Source of the DNA: an uncultured Pseudomonadota bacterium
GTDB taxonomy: Bacteria; Pseudomonadota; Alphaproteobacteria; Rs-D84
Length of the DNA: 64,000 nucleotides
Direction of reading: 5' to 3'
Assembly (NCBI GenBank): GCA_949290785.1
Contig: CASETE010000013.1
Coordinates: 3,529 to 67,528 of the forward strand
The position numbers and the translations under genes are program-made. The notes beneath the pieces were generated by a model that saw only the letters and a program-made list of their open reading frames with translations, ran no database searches and was not told the origin of the DNA. Positions 15,468 to 24,212 of this stretch are shown in pieces. Within the stretch, counting starts at the first letter, position 1. Every line of letters begins with the position of its first letter.

Positions 15468-16532
15468 ATGATAATAGAGCAAAAATTAAAAGATATTCAA
15501 AATCGCGCAAATGAAATAGAAGCTCAGATGAATTCTGGGCAGGTTTCCGGTACAGAATTGACTAAATTGTCAAAAGAATATTCGAGATTGTCGGGGATTT
15601 TACCCTTGATTTCAGAATATTTCCAGGTGACTCAGGGTATTGCAGATGCAACTGAAATGTTACATGACGAGGAATTAAAATCTATCGCGGCGCAACAGTT
15701 GGCGGAACTAAATCACAAGTTACCAGAAGTAGAAAGAAATTTACAAATTGCATTGTTGCCTCGTGATGAAGCGGATGATAATAGCGTTATTATGGAAATT
15801 CGTGCCGGCGTTGGCGGCGAGGAATCCGCGCTTTTTGCCGGTGATTTATATAATATGTATAAGTCTTATGCATTGCGCAACGGTTGGAAGACAGAGGTCA
15901 TTGAAGAAAACGCAACGTCTTTGAATGGTTATAAGGAAGTCGTTTTTAAAATTGATGGCGTCGGCGCGTATGCGCGTATGAAGTTTGAATCTGGTATTCA
16001 TCGCGTTCAGCGCGTTCCAGAAACCGAAGCAGGTGGCAGAATACACACCAGTGCCGCGTCCGTCGCCGTTATGCCAGAGGCAAAAGATATTGACGTAGTA
16101 ATAGAAGACAAAGATATACGAATCGATGTCTTTCGTGCGTCTGGTGCAGGCGGACAACACGTTAATAAAACAGACAGCGCGGTAAGAATTACGCACTTTC
16201 CAACGGGTATAGTTGTATCTTGTCAAAACGAAAGAAGTCAGTTCCAAAATAAAGCAACTGCTATGGCGGTTTTGCGCGCAAAAATTTATGAAAAGCAACG
16301 GCAAGAGCAAATTAATGCCAGTAACGCGTCTCGTAAAAGTATGGTTGGGTCCGGTGACAGAAGCGAGAAAATAAGAACATATAATTTTCCGGAACAACGT
16401 GTTACAGACCACAGAATAAAACTGACTTTGTATAAATTGGACGATGTTCTTGCTGGCGGGCAGGGGTTGGACGAGATGATAGATGCTTTAACCACTGCTG
16501 ATCAGTTAGAAAGATTGGCAAACTTAGAATAA
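15468..16532 (+). CDS. prfA: Peptide chain release factor 1
   Basis: RVQRVPETE (PxT tripeptide of RF1) and SGAGGQHVNKTDSAVRITH. Confidence 0.96.
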   Translation: MIIEQKLKDIQNRANEIEAQMNSGQVSGTELTKLSKEYSRLSGILPLISEYFQVTQGIADATEMLHDEELKSIAAQQLAELNHKLPEVERNLQIALLPRDEADDNSVIMEIRAGVGGEESALFAGDLYNMYKSYALRNGWKTEVIEENATSLNGYKEVVFKIDGVGAYARMKFESGIHRVQRVPETEAGGRIHTSAASVAVMPEAKDIDVVIEDKDIRIDVFRASGAGGQHVNKTDSAVRITHFPTGIVVSCQNERSQFQNKATAMAVLRAKIYEKQRQEQINASNASRKSMVGSGDRSEKIRTYNFPEQRVTDHRIKLTLYKLDDVLAGGQGLDEMIDALTTADQLERLANLE

Positions 16533-16556
16533 AAAACACCCGTTTGGGTGTTTTTA
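16531..16556. terminator. Bidirectional terminator between prfA and the convergent OMP gene
   Basis: aaaaaacaccc-gttt-gggtgttttt. Confidence 0.75.
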
Positions 16557-17645
16557 AAATATATATTTCATTGAAAAACCGCCGTTCCAACCGCTTCGCC
16601 CACCATCATGACGGTTTAGGTGCAGAGATATGTAAAAACTATCAATAGACTTTTCTATACCTATGCCATATTCTGAATAATTATCAGTGTCTAAAAAGTT
16701 CGTGGTGGTGGAGTTTATGTTGATGTCGCCGCCATAGTTGCTAACGAAAGCATATTTTACACCGATGTAACCGAACCAACCATTATAAATATTTTTTATT
16801 GCCCGAATAAACGGAGTAAATTCAAACGTGGATAAGTTATCGTTTTGTACGATTTCGCTTGTTGAATATGTGTAATCTGCCGACTTTATCCATGTATAAC
16901 CGCCGTACAAGCCGGGCTGTAACATAAAAGTACTATCCAGCGGTATGTCATAGGTCATGTTAAATGATGCGCCTAGCCAAGTGTTTGAAAAATCTTTGTC
17001 CGCATATAACGCCGTGACCTCATTATATAAGGTACCAGTATCAAACGCGACAGCGAAATTCAAATTATTTATATTATATCCTGCGTAAAAACCTATGAAA
17101 CCGCCGTTTTCAGATATATGCAGATAATCGTTTGATTGGTCTCCGCCTACATAGCCGCCAAAAAAGCCAATCTTTGCGGGGTTGTCCCATAATTTTTCAT
17201 CGCCAGATAGACCTAACATTAATAAGTCGTAATCAGAATCTAATCTGCCATACCCGTTAATGTTTACATCTTCATCAAAATGATTCCAATTTAACCATAG
17301 GTTACCAACTGTGTCCGAATATAAATCGTCACCACCATTGCGTCCCTTTATAGAATTCGGTGCGGCGTCGGTCACGTTGTATTCGCCGTATAAAGATTCT
17401 GTCCCGTATACCGGCATTTTGCCATATAAGTTCGGGGAATTATGACTTATGTTTGAATTTAACGCGTTCTTAGTTTGAAAAGTTTGCATTGCTTGAAGCA
17501 TTATTGAATGTTGTATCGCGCCGATGTTGTTTGCAGAGATGTTGTTAGCGAATAAATGGCTGTTGTTACTGTTTATCGGCATGGCGATAGCATCATTTAT
17601 CTGAAATAAAAGTCCCGACAATACGAATAGTGAAACTTTTTTCAT
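16554..17645 (-). CDS. Autotransporter-type beta-barrel outer membrane protein with a very short passenger
   Basis: Signal peptide MKKVSLFVLSGLLFQINDAIA. The barrel has GFFGGYVGG / GFIGFYAGY strands and ends in a terminal aromatic ...FSMKYIF. Confidence 0.7.
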   Translation of the reverse strand: MKKVSLFVLSGLLFQINDAIAMPINSNNSHLFANNISANNIGAIQHSIMLQAMQTFQTKNALNSNISHNSPNLYGKMPVYGTESLYGEYNVTDAAPNSIKGRNGGDDLYSDTVGNLWLNWNHFDEDVNINGYGRLDSDYDLLMLGLSGDEKLWDNPAKIGFFGGYVGGDQSNDYLHISENGGFIGFYAGYNINNLNFAVAFDTGTLYNEVTALYADKDFSNTWLGASFNMTYDIPLDSTFMLQPGLYGGYTWIKSADYTYSTSEIVQNDNLSTFEFTPFIRAIKNIYNGWFGYIGVKYAFVSNYGGDININSTTTNFLDTDNYSEYGIGIEKSIDSFYISLHLNRHDGGRSGWNGGFSMKYIF

Positions 17646-17809
17646 TTTTATATCTCCCTCTCTCGTATTTTATTGTCTATTTAGTATAATTATAGCACAA
17701 AATTCCTGATTTAAAACTGATATTTGCCAAGTCATAAGTCTAAATTGCATAGATTTATTATTGAATTTTTATTGTTTACGGGGGCTTTTTTTAGTATCAT
17801 ATAAAAGAT

Positions 17810-18373
17810 ATGAAAAAAGAATTTGATTTTGTTTTAGATAAACCGATTGTAATGGTTGGGTTGATGGGGGCAGGAAAAACAAGCGTTGGTCGTGCTTTGG
17901 CAAGACGTCTGGGAATACCGTTCGTTGATTCTGATAAAGAAATAGAGGCGGCAGCGGGCTGTAGCGTTGTTGATATTTTCGCGATGTACGGTGAAAAAGA
18001 GTTTCGTCGGGTGGAACAAAAGGTAATAGAAAGAATTTTGGACACGCCGCCTGCGCAGAAAGTTCTTTCAACGGGCGAGGGCGCCTTTATAACACCTGCC
18101 ATACGACAAATGCTGTTACAGCGTGCGGTTACCATCTGGTTAAAAGCCGATTTGGATTTGTTGGTGAAAAGAACCAATTTTAGAAATACACGGCCACAGT
18201 TGTTGCATGCGGATAGCAGGCAAATTTTGGCTCAACTAATCAAAGAAAGATACGATACGTATGCTATGGCGGATATAACCGTAGAAACCAAAGACGAAAG
18301 TCTAAGAAAAACGTTGGAAAAAGTGGAATTTGCTATAAAAAAACACACGCAAAAAAGGGAAAAAAATGGCTAA
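17810..18373 (+). CDS. aroK: Shikimate kinase
   Basis: VMVGLMGAGKTSVGRALARRLGIPFVDSDKEIE...FR..E. Confidence 0.93.
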   Translation: MKKEFDFVLDKPIVMVGLMGAGKTSVGRALARRLGIPFVDSDKEIEAAAGCSVVDIFAMYGEKEFRRVEQKVIERILDTPPAQKVLSTGEGAFITPAIRQMLLQRAVTIWLKADLDLLVKRTNFRNTRPQLLHADSRQILAQLIKERYDTYAMADITVETKDESLRKTLEKVEFAIKKHTQKREKNG

Positions 18374-18926
18374 ACACAAATTGTTATCGGAATTTCGTGC
18401 ATTTATAGAGCGGGGCAGTGCAATTGATATGGCAGTCGGTATCATTGTGGGTAGTGTGATGACCGGGTTGGTTAATTCTTTGGTGTCTGACGTTTTGATG
18501 CCGCCGATTGGCGCTTTGATTGGGAACGTTGATTTTTCTCAGTTCTTTATAGTTTTATCGGGCGGAACGCCCGGGGCGCATTATAATACGATTGCCGAAG
18601 CCCAAGCGGCAGGGGCAGCAACCATGAATGTCGGAAATTTCTTAAATTCTGTGGTTAGTTTTCTGATAACGATGTTTGCAATATTTTTACTTGTACGTTC
18701 TATAAATAAAGTAAGAGCAAAAAAAGTCTTTTTAGGAACAAGGTTTTGTCCATATTGCAAGTCTTCTATTAGTGTGGCGGCAACGAAGTGTCCTAATTGT
18801 TGCTCGAAAGTGAAGCCAGAAAAAAGCGTTGTGGTCGATGATAAAACTATCAATTTACGTTCCGATATCAAAAAAATAACAAAAGTAGCCAGTAAAAAAA
18901 TTTCAAAAATAACAAAGAGTTTATAA
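18366..18926 (+). CDS. mscL: Large-conductance mechanosensitive channel MscL with a C-terminal zinc-ribbon extension
   Basis: EFRAFIERGSAIDMAVGIIVG...LMPPIG and a second TM segment, then CPYCKSSISVAATKCPNCCSKV and a Lys-rich tail. Confidence 0.92.
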   Translation: MAKHKLLSEFRAFIERGSAIDMAVGIIVGSVMTGLVNSLVSDVLMPPIGALIGNVDFSQFFIVLSGGTPGAHYNTIAEAQAAGAATMNVGNFLNSVVSFLITMFAIFLLVRSINKVRAKKVFLGTRFCPYCKSSISVAATKCPNCCSKVKPEKSVVVDDKTINLRSDIKKITKVASKKISKITKSL

Positions 18927-19298
18927 TAAAATATAATGTAATATATTAATAAAAAGTAAAACTTGGGTTGTTGCGTGTTTGATAGATTGAATACGTGATA
19001 TAAGGAACAAAGTTTTACTTTTTTTGATTTTATGGCGCGTTGAATAGTTTGGTAATTATGTGTGTATTATGTATAGTTTTGTGCCATCGGTTTATGTTGG
19101 ATTTTGACTTTTAGGCTTTGGGTGTTTTTTTACGCCGCACAAGTACTGTTGTTATACAATTTGTTCGTATTTGTTTCTTATATGTGGGATGTTTATATGT
19201 TTGTATAATACTTTCAAAGTGTGTTTTATCTCTTTGTATAAAGATTAATTTTAATACGCGTTTAATTTTGGAATGGTGCGGATAAAAATCTGTTTTGT

Positions 19299-19680
19299 GG
19301 CGATGTTTTTATTTTTATGTTTATTGATGAATGTGTTTTTTTTGGGGGTGAATGGCGTTTTTTTGTTTTGGTGGGGGTTGGGTATTAATTTTATATCTGA
19401 ATTGTGAAATAGTTTAGGCAAGAAGCCGTTAAGAACCCGTTTTGGTGGCGCCGTTTTTGGTTTTATTGTTATTGATGAGTGTTCTTTTTACATGGGGGTG
19501 GAATTGGTGGTATTTTATTTTGATGAGGTCTGTATTTAATGTCTGAATTTATTACGTATTAAAAGACTGTAAAATTATTGGCCAACGTGCACAAAATACT
19601 CTCTGTAATAAACAGTCTTGCTATATATCAAAGACGGGCGACGCAGTGTGTAATTGTTTTTTTTGTGGGGATGATTGGAC
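19299..19680 (+). repeat. Three degenerate tandem units (about 148-175 bp) with a T-run + GGGGG + TGRATTGG core
   Basis: ttattgatga at 19321 and 19469. GGGGG at 19344 and 19494, GGGG at 19667. Units align at roughly two-thirds identity by eye. Confidence 0.6.
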
Positions 19681-20149
19681 ACTTTTAGAATGTATAATGT
19701 GTTTTTTGTAACTTTTATAAAAAGTATTTTGTTATTTGCTTGTATTATGTATAGTTTAGTCTTCAAAACGTTGCAAATGACGTGGGTTGTGGTGCTTGTT
19801 GGTGTTTCTGTGTAATCAGTTGTTTATATAAAATAATATAGAAAATACAACGAGTTAAATTTTGACGAGTAGGGCTTTTACGTTGTTTTAACCGAATTTG
19901 TTTGTTAAGGGGTGAAGATCAAAGTTTGTGTTGTTGAAGCGGGTCGGTTTTGTTTTGTGTTGCTGTGTTGTTGTATGGAATTTTTTTGTCGTCTTGCGGG
20001 GCCCGCATCTATATGAATCGAATTTGTAAAAGGGTGCTTGCTGTGTTTTGGGACATTTTTTGTGCATGTGTTTTGTCTTCGCTGTGGTTTTCGTTTGGTG
20101 AGGATTGTATCGGTCGTAACGATAGATAGGTTATAATACGTATAAGGCG

Positions 20150-20169
20150 CATAATGTCGCGACATTATG
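20150..20169. repeat. Perfect 20-bp palindrome cataatgtcg/cgacattatg
   Basis: Read directly. It shares the CATAATGT half-site with the inverted repeat at 20191. Confidence 0.9.
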
Positions 20170-20190
20170 TTGATTTACGAAGTAAATGAA

Positions 20191-20209
20191 CATAATGTGC
20201 ATTATACGC
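20191..20209 (+). repeat. Left inverted repeat of the AT-rich three-gene cassette
   Basis: cataatgtgcattatacgc matches the reverse complement of 21639-21657 at 17/19 positions. Confidence 0.6.
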
Positions 20210-20296
20210 ACGCAAGCGGGCGGGGCGGGGATACCAAATACGAAAAAACAAGCATGCTTTTCATCGTTTGATTCTTATTAAAATAAAGGATTAAAC

Positions 20297-20644
20297 ATGA
20301 TTAAAAATAAACCTTGTTATCGTAATACTGAAAAACTATTGTTTAGATATTTTCAAAGATTAAGATTATTAAAGCATTTTTCAAAACCTACCGAATATAT
20401 TCATGATATTATTTATGAATCTAATGCGTCAATTTGTGACGTTGGCCTTGTATTAAATAATCTAAACCTAACTAATGAACAGTCCGAAATTATTATAAAG
20501 TATTGTTCTAAGGGGCATGCACCTTTTATAAAAAATTCAAACGATTTTAACGTGTGGATTGACGCAATACATATTATACATAACGAATTTATAAAAAGAA
20601 ATATGATAAAAGGCATTTTGTATTCGTCTGAATATATTTGCTAA
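20297..20644 (+). CDS. Cassette gene 1: 115-aa hypothetical protein, possible sigma region-4/ArpU-like HTH
   Basis: Very AT-rich ORF with an AAGGA RBS. LNLTNEQSEIIIKYCSKG resembles a region-4-type helix-turn-helix; this is inference only. Confidence 0.55.
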   Translation: MIKNKPCYRNTEKLLFRYFQRLRLLKHFSKPTEYIHDIIYESNASICDVGLVLNNLNLTNEQSEIIIKYCSKGHAPFIKNSNDFNVWIDAIHIIHNEFIKRNMIKGILYSSEYIC

Positions 20645-20657
20645 AAAAGGATTATAA

Positions 20658-20987
20658 ATGTTAAAAGATTTATTAAATGCTTTATACGCAATTAAAGACA
20701 ATACGCGTTTAGGATTGTTAATTCGGTCTGGTCAAGATTTTGAACCGCAAAATGACGATGAATATCATGCTAAATGTTTATATTGCGAATTGTTAAAACA
20801 TTTTTTTGATGATAAATACAGCGCATATATTACGGCTGATACTATTAAACAAATTCTTGATTTGCGAAATGAAATATACAACCCGCAAAAAATACCACGT
20901 GTTGCTATGTATTTAAGAAATAAACTGCGTCCGGCACAACCGTTAACTGATGATTGGATTGTGTGGTTTGTTCGCAGATTTAGATAA
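20658..20987 (+). CDS. Cassette gene 2: 109-aa hypothetical protein
   Basis: AT-rich ORF 13 nt after gene 1, with an AAGGA-type RBS. No family recognised. Confidence 0.5.
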   Translation: MLKDLLNALYAIKDNTRLGLLIRSGQDFEPQNDDEYHAKCLYCELLKHFFDDKYSAYITADTIKQILDLRNEIYNPQKIPRVAMYLRNKLRPAQPLTDDWIVWFVRRFR

Positions 20988-21008
20988 TAAAAAATAAAGG
21001 TTGAAACT

Positions 21009-21350
21009 ATGAATAATTATAACATAATTGAAAATCATAATGAATATAAAAAAATCATGAAAAGAAAACAAACTATTACAAAAAAAGCAATAAAAAAGGC
21101 AATTCATGCTTTTTGCGATTTAGGCGGTTTTCAAATGCAACACATAGTCCGTTTGCGTATGTATAGTAAAGACAGGCTAATATTTGCAGGCATAGATTTA
21201 TTACATTTGCAAAATGCTATCCTTGAACTGCCTGATAGGGCATTAGAAGCAGTAAGTCAGTACGGCTATGATGAACCTTATTGTAAGGCAGATTTAGATT
21301 ATGCGCTTTCTATTTTGTCCGATAAATTAAAATTAAACGTTATTTATTAA
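21009..21350 (+). CDS. Cassette gene 3: 113-aa hypothetical protein, possible HTH
   Basis: AT-rich ORF with an AAGGT RBS. LQNAILELPDRALEAVSQYGYDE is reminiscent of sigma region 4. Confidence 0.5.
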   Translation: MNNYNIIENHNEYKKIMKRKQTITKKAIKKAIHAFCDLGGFQMQHIVRLRMYSKDRLIFAGIDLLHLQNAILELPDRALEAVSQYGYDEPYCKADLDYALSILSDKLKLNVIY

Positions 21351-21353
21351 TAA

Positions 21354-21381
21354 TATAGGCGGATTACGCCTATATTTTTTT
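21354..21381 (+). terminator. Rho-independent terminator after cassette gene 3
   Basis: tataggcg-gatta-cgcctata followed by ttttttt. Confidence 0.75.
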
Positions 21382-21638
21382 ATTCTTATTTATAAATAAA
21401 TAAATAAACAAATAATTATAATTATAACTATAATTATAAGGATTTAATAAAATTAAAATATTTTTTTAGCCACGTGCAAAAAATATTTTTTTAATAAATG
21501 CCGGTTTTCTGCGAAAAAAATCATTTTGTAAAAAATGTTTTTTATGATAAAATATTTTTTATCAAGCGGGGAAATGTAGGAGGTTGTTTTTTGTGTTTTG
21601 TAGACCCGCCCAGCATTACGGAGTAATGCGCACGCAAG

Positions 21639-21657
21639 GCGTATAATGTATATTATG
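21639..21657 (-). repeat. Right inverted repeat of the cassette
   Basis: gcgtataatgtatattatg; its reverse complement is cataatatacattatacgc. Confidence 0.6.
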
Positions 21658-21940
21658 TATACTTATGTTATTCGTTGTGGGGTGTTTTTTTGTGTGTTTT
21701 TGTTTTTTTATATTTTTTTGTGTTTTATGTCCGATTGGTATTTTTTTTGATCAGCGTGCTTGTTTTTTATATTTATTTTTTTATTAATAATTTTTATTTA
21801 ATACATAAAATATTATTTTGTTTATACAAATATAAAATGGTTTAATTTTATGTTAAATAAAATTTTGTTTGTATGATTTATGGCTGTTGTTTTTGTTACT
21901 CTTTATGTCGTTTTAGTGCGCTTGTACCCTATTTTTGAAC

Positions 21941-22150
21941 TTTTTGCTTGTTTTTTGTAAAAAAAACCAGAATTCCGGGCGTTTTTGAGTGTTTTTTGTC
22001 TTTTTTTGTGTTTTTTCGGAAAAAAGGAGGTTGGCGATGAGAAGTTTGTGTTATTGAGTCTCTGTGGTTTCATCGCCATATTGCAAATAAGGTGCTTTTT
22101 TGCTTGTTTTTTTGTGAAAAAGCCAGATTTTTGCGAATTTTTGTGCATCC
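21941..22150 (+). repeat. Direct repeat pair with 156-bp period in tract B
   Basis: tttttgcttgttttttgtaaaaaaaaccagaattccgggcgtttttg (21941) versus ttttttgcttgtttttttgtgaaaaagccagatttttgcgaatttttg (22096). Confidence 0.6.
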
Positions 22151-22478
22151 TTGGTCCTTTTGTATTTCTTTTTGGAGTAAAAGCGTGTTTTTTTTGCTTG
22201 GTTGTTAGTCTGAAAATGGAACGTTTTTAAAAGTTTGTGTGTGTTTAGGTGGACTTGCGTCGTTTTACGGTTTGTTTTTTGCTGTGGTGTGTAATATCTG
22301 AAAGGTGGTGTTTTTTTACCTGTTTTCAATTAAAATATTTTATTAATATAATAAAATAATAATTTGAAAAGATTTTATATTTTTTATTTTTTTATCGTAA
22401 TTTTTTATCTTTTTGTGTGTTGTGGCTTTTGTTTTTGTCTTCTTGAAAATGGATGTTTTTTGAGGTAAAATATTAAGT

Positions 22479-23192
22479 ATGAGACTTGATCAAGAATTAG
22501 TTAATAGAAATATTTATCCAACTCGTGCTAAAGCTGTGGCGGGAATAAAAAGCGGCTTGGTGCGGGTAAATGGTGTTGTCGCCAGTAAGGCAAGTCAAAA
22601 TGTTTCGGATAAAGACGATGTGATGGGAGATAAATTGCCTTATATGTCTGGTCGTGGTAGTTTGAAGTTGAAATATGCTTTGGATTTTTTTAAAGTAAAT
22701 CCAAATGGTTATGTTTGTTTGGATGTTGGTGCGAGTACAGGCGGTTTTACAGAAGTTTTATTAAAGCGTGGTGCTAAAAAAGTGATTGCTGTTGATGTTG
22801 GAACTGGGCAGTTGGTGCCAGAATTATATAACAATCCGAAAGTGGTGGCACTGGAAAAAACAGACGTTCGTAAATTGGTGCCTTTTGAAAAGGTTGATTT
22901 GATTGTTGTTGATGTTTCTTTTATTTCGTTGGTTAATATTGCGGACAGTTTATTACGTTGGAATGCTGATAAGATGATATTGCTTGTAAAGCCTCAGTTT
23001 GAGGTAGATAGGGCAATTGCTGCAAAAAATAACGGCGTTATAAAATCTGAATTTGATAGACAGCAAAGTGCGGATAAGGTGAGGAAGTGCTTTGAGGATT
23101 TGGATTTTGTGTGTGCTGGTGTAGTTGAGTCGCCTGTTCGTGGTGGTAGTGGAAATGTAGAATTTTTAATGTATCTTGAAAAAGATATATAA
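22479..23192 (+). CDS. tlyA: TlyA-family rRNA (cytidine-2'-O)-methyltransferase
   Basis: N-terminal S4 domain (RLDQELVNRNIYPTRAKA...I..G.V.VNG) followed by the FtsJ-type motif CLDVGASTGGFTEVLL. Confidence 0.92.
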   Translation: MRLDQELVNRNIYPTRAKAVAGIKSGLVRVNGVVASKASQNVSDKDDVMGDKLPYMSGRGSLKLKYALDFFKVNPNGYVCLDVGASTGGFTEVLLKRGAKKVIAVDVGTGQLVPELYNNPKVVALEKTDVRKLVPFEKVDLIVVDVSFISLVNIADSLLRWNADKMILLVKPQFEVDRAIAAKNNGVIKSEFDRQQSADKVRKCFEDLDFVCAGVVESPVRGGSGNVEFLMYLEKDI

Positions 23193-24212
23193 TTAAGTTG
23201 ATTTTTAGTGTTAAATATTGTCTTTGGTGTTTTTTGAAAAAATTTCTAATAAAACAAACGTTCAAACACCGGGCTTTTAACGGCTTATAAAAAACAATGT
23301 TAAAAAATATACAAAATGTGTGGCATGTTTTATTGATTTTATGAAAGGCCGCCCACTTATAATTAAACGAATATGAAAACGTATACTTTTTATCAATACT
23401 TCTTAAAATAATTGATTGCAGAGATGATAAAAGATACGAACTTCAAATTATCCGAAAACTTATAATTGTTTGAGAGTGTCGTTTTTTATCGGTGATGTCG
23501 TTAGAAATATGAATATGGTGTTTTTTGTTATTACGCAGATTGCTGTATGATAATCGGGTGGCACCCTTTCTATATAAAAACATCAAACAGATAAACATAG
23601 TATAGTAAATAACGAAACGTATTGTCCGGTGTACCGGTTTTTTGTGAACCTGTGCATAATTAATCAACATTTAATAGCGCCCTTTAATCTGAAAGCAAGA
23701 AAATAAGCCTTAAACAGAAATATTAAAGGGGCAAGTTTTAGAAAAAATGTTTGCGACCGAATTTGTGCTATTAGTACAGTCAAAAAATGCGCTATATTTC
23801 AAAGCATATTTAAACCCCTGTTTGTTTTATCCTTAAAAGCTAAAACAGTGCCCTATTCTTTTTTATTTATTGTTTGTTTTTACTGTTGTTTTTTTTATTT
23901 TGGAAAATCCCGGATTTTTATAAATGTGACCTGGATAATTATATGTATATAAGGTTAGTTTTTATCAAATGCGTATGGTATACATAAATCTGTGATGATT
24001 TTTGGTAAAAGCAAACTTGGTTGTATTGGTTAGGAGTGAGTGTGGACAAGGCTCGTTTATTCTTTTAAGTTTTTTGTTTATCAAGTGCTATTTATCTTGG
24101 AAAATCGTGGTATAAAATGTGTTTGTATTATGTTGCGTTATAAAAACGCTTGCTTCTTGCTGTGTGGTTTATGTGAAAAAACGCTCCGTCAGGAGCGTTT
24201 TTGTCGTTGTTT
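23193..24212 (+). other. Gene-poor tract C (1.0 kb) between tlyA and rpiB
   Basis: Only short low-complexity ORFs. It contains two copies of the TTGGAAAATC..GG..TATAAA(A)TGTG motif (23900, 24097). Confidence 0.65.

Larger units (their letters stand above)
18927..20296 (+). other. Gene-poor tract A: 1.37 kb, T>A and G>C skewed on the plus strand, degenerate repeats
   Basis: There is no convincing ORF on either strand. One counted 60-nt sample (19261-19320) has G 14 vs C 3. GGTG-T6-8 and T-run+GGGGG motifs recur. Confidence 0.7.
21382..22478 (+). other. Gene-poor tract B: AT microsatellite-like stretch, then T/G-skewed degenerate repeats
   Basis: (ATAA)n and (AATTAT)n-like runs at about 21385-21450. 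No credible ORF. Recurrent GGTG-T7 motifs. Confidence 0.7.

Noticed and set aside
19251-19265. TTAA-N7-TTAA (CtrA-box-like) in tract A.
   Set aside because: It is expected frequently by chance in such AT-rich DNA. There is no clustering or gene context to support a CtrA site.
19299-19680. The ~150-bp periodic repeats as a CRISPR array.
   Set aside because: The units are long, degenerate and contiguous, with no short conserved repeat separated by unique spacers. No cas genes are in the window.
20211-20230. GGGCGGGGCGGGG next to the left inverted repeat as a G-quadruplex element.
   Set aside because: Only three G-tracts are present, so a canonical four-tract G4 cannot form from this segment alone. 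I kept it only as part of the cassette boundary description.
21903-22329. Minus-strand ORFs of 81 and 92 aa encoding Lys-rich peptides with repeated SGFF(T/Y)KKQAK, and a plus-strand 81-aa Phe/Cys-rich ORF (21985-22230).
   Set aside because: Their composition is what any frame of a T/G-skewed repeat tract gives. The in-frame peptide repeat just reflects the 156-bp DNA repeat. They have no RBS and non-ATG or weak starts.
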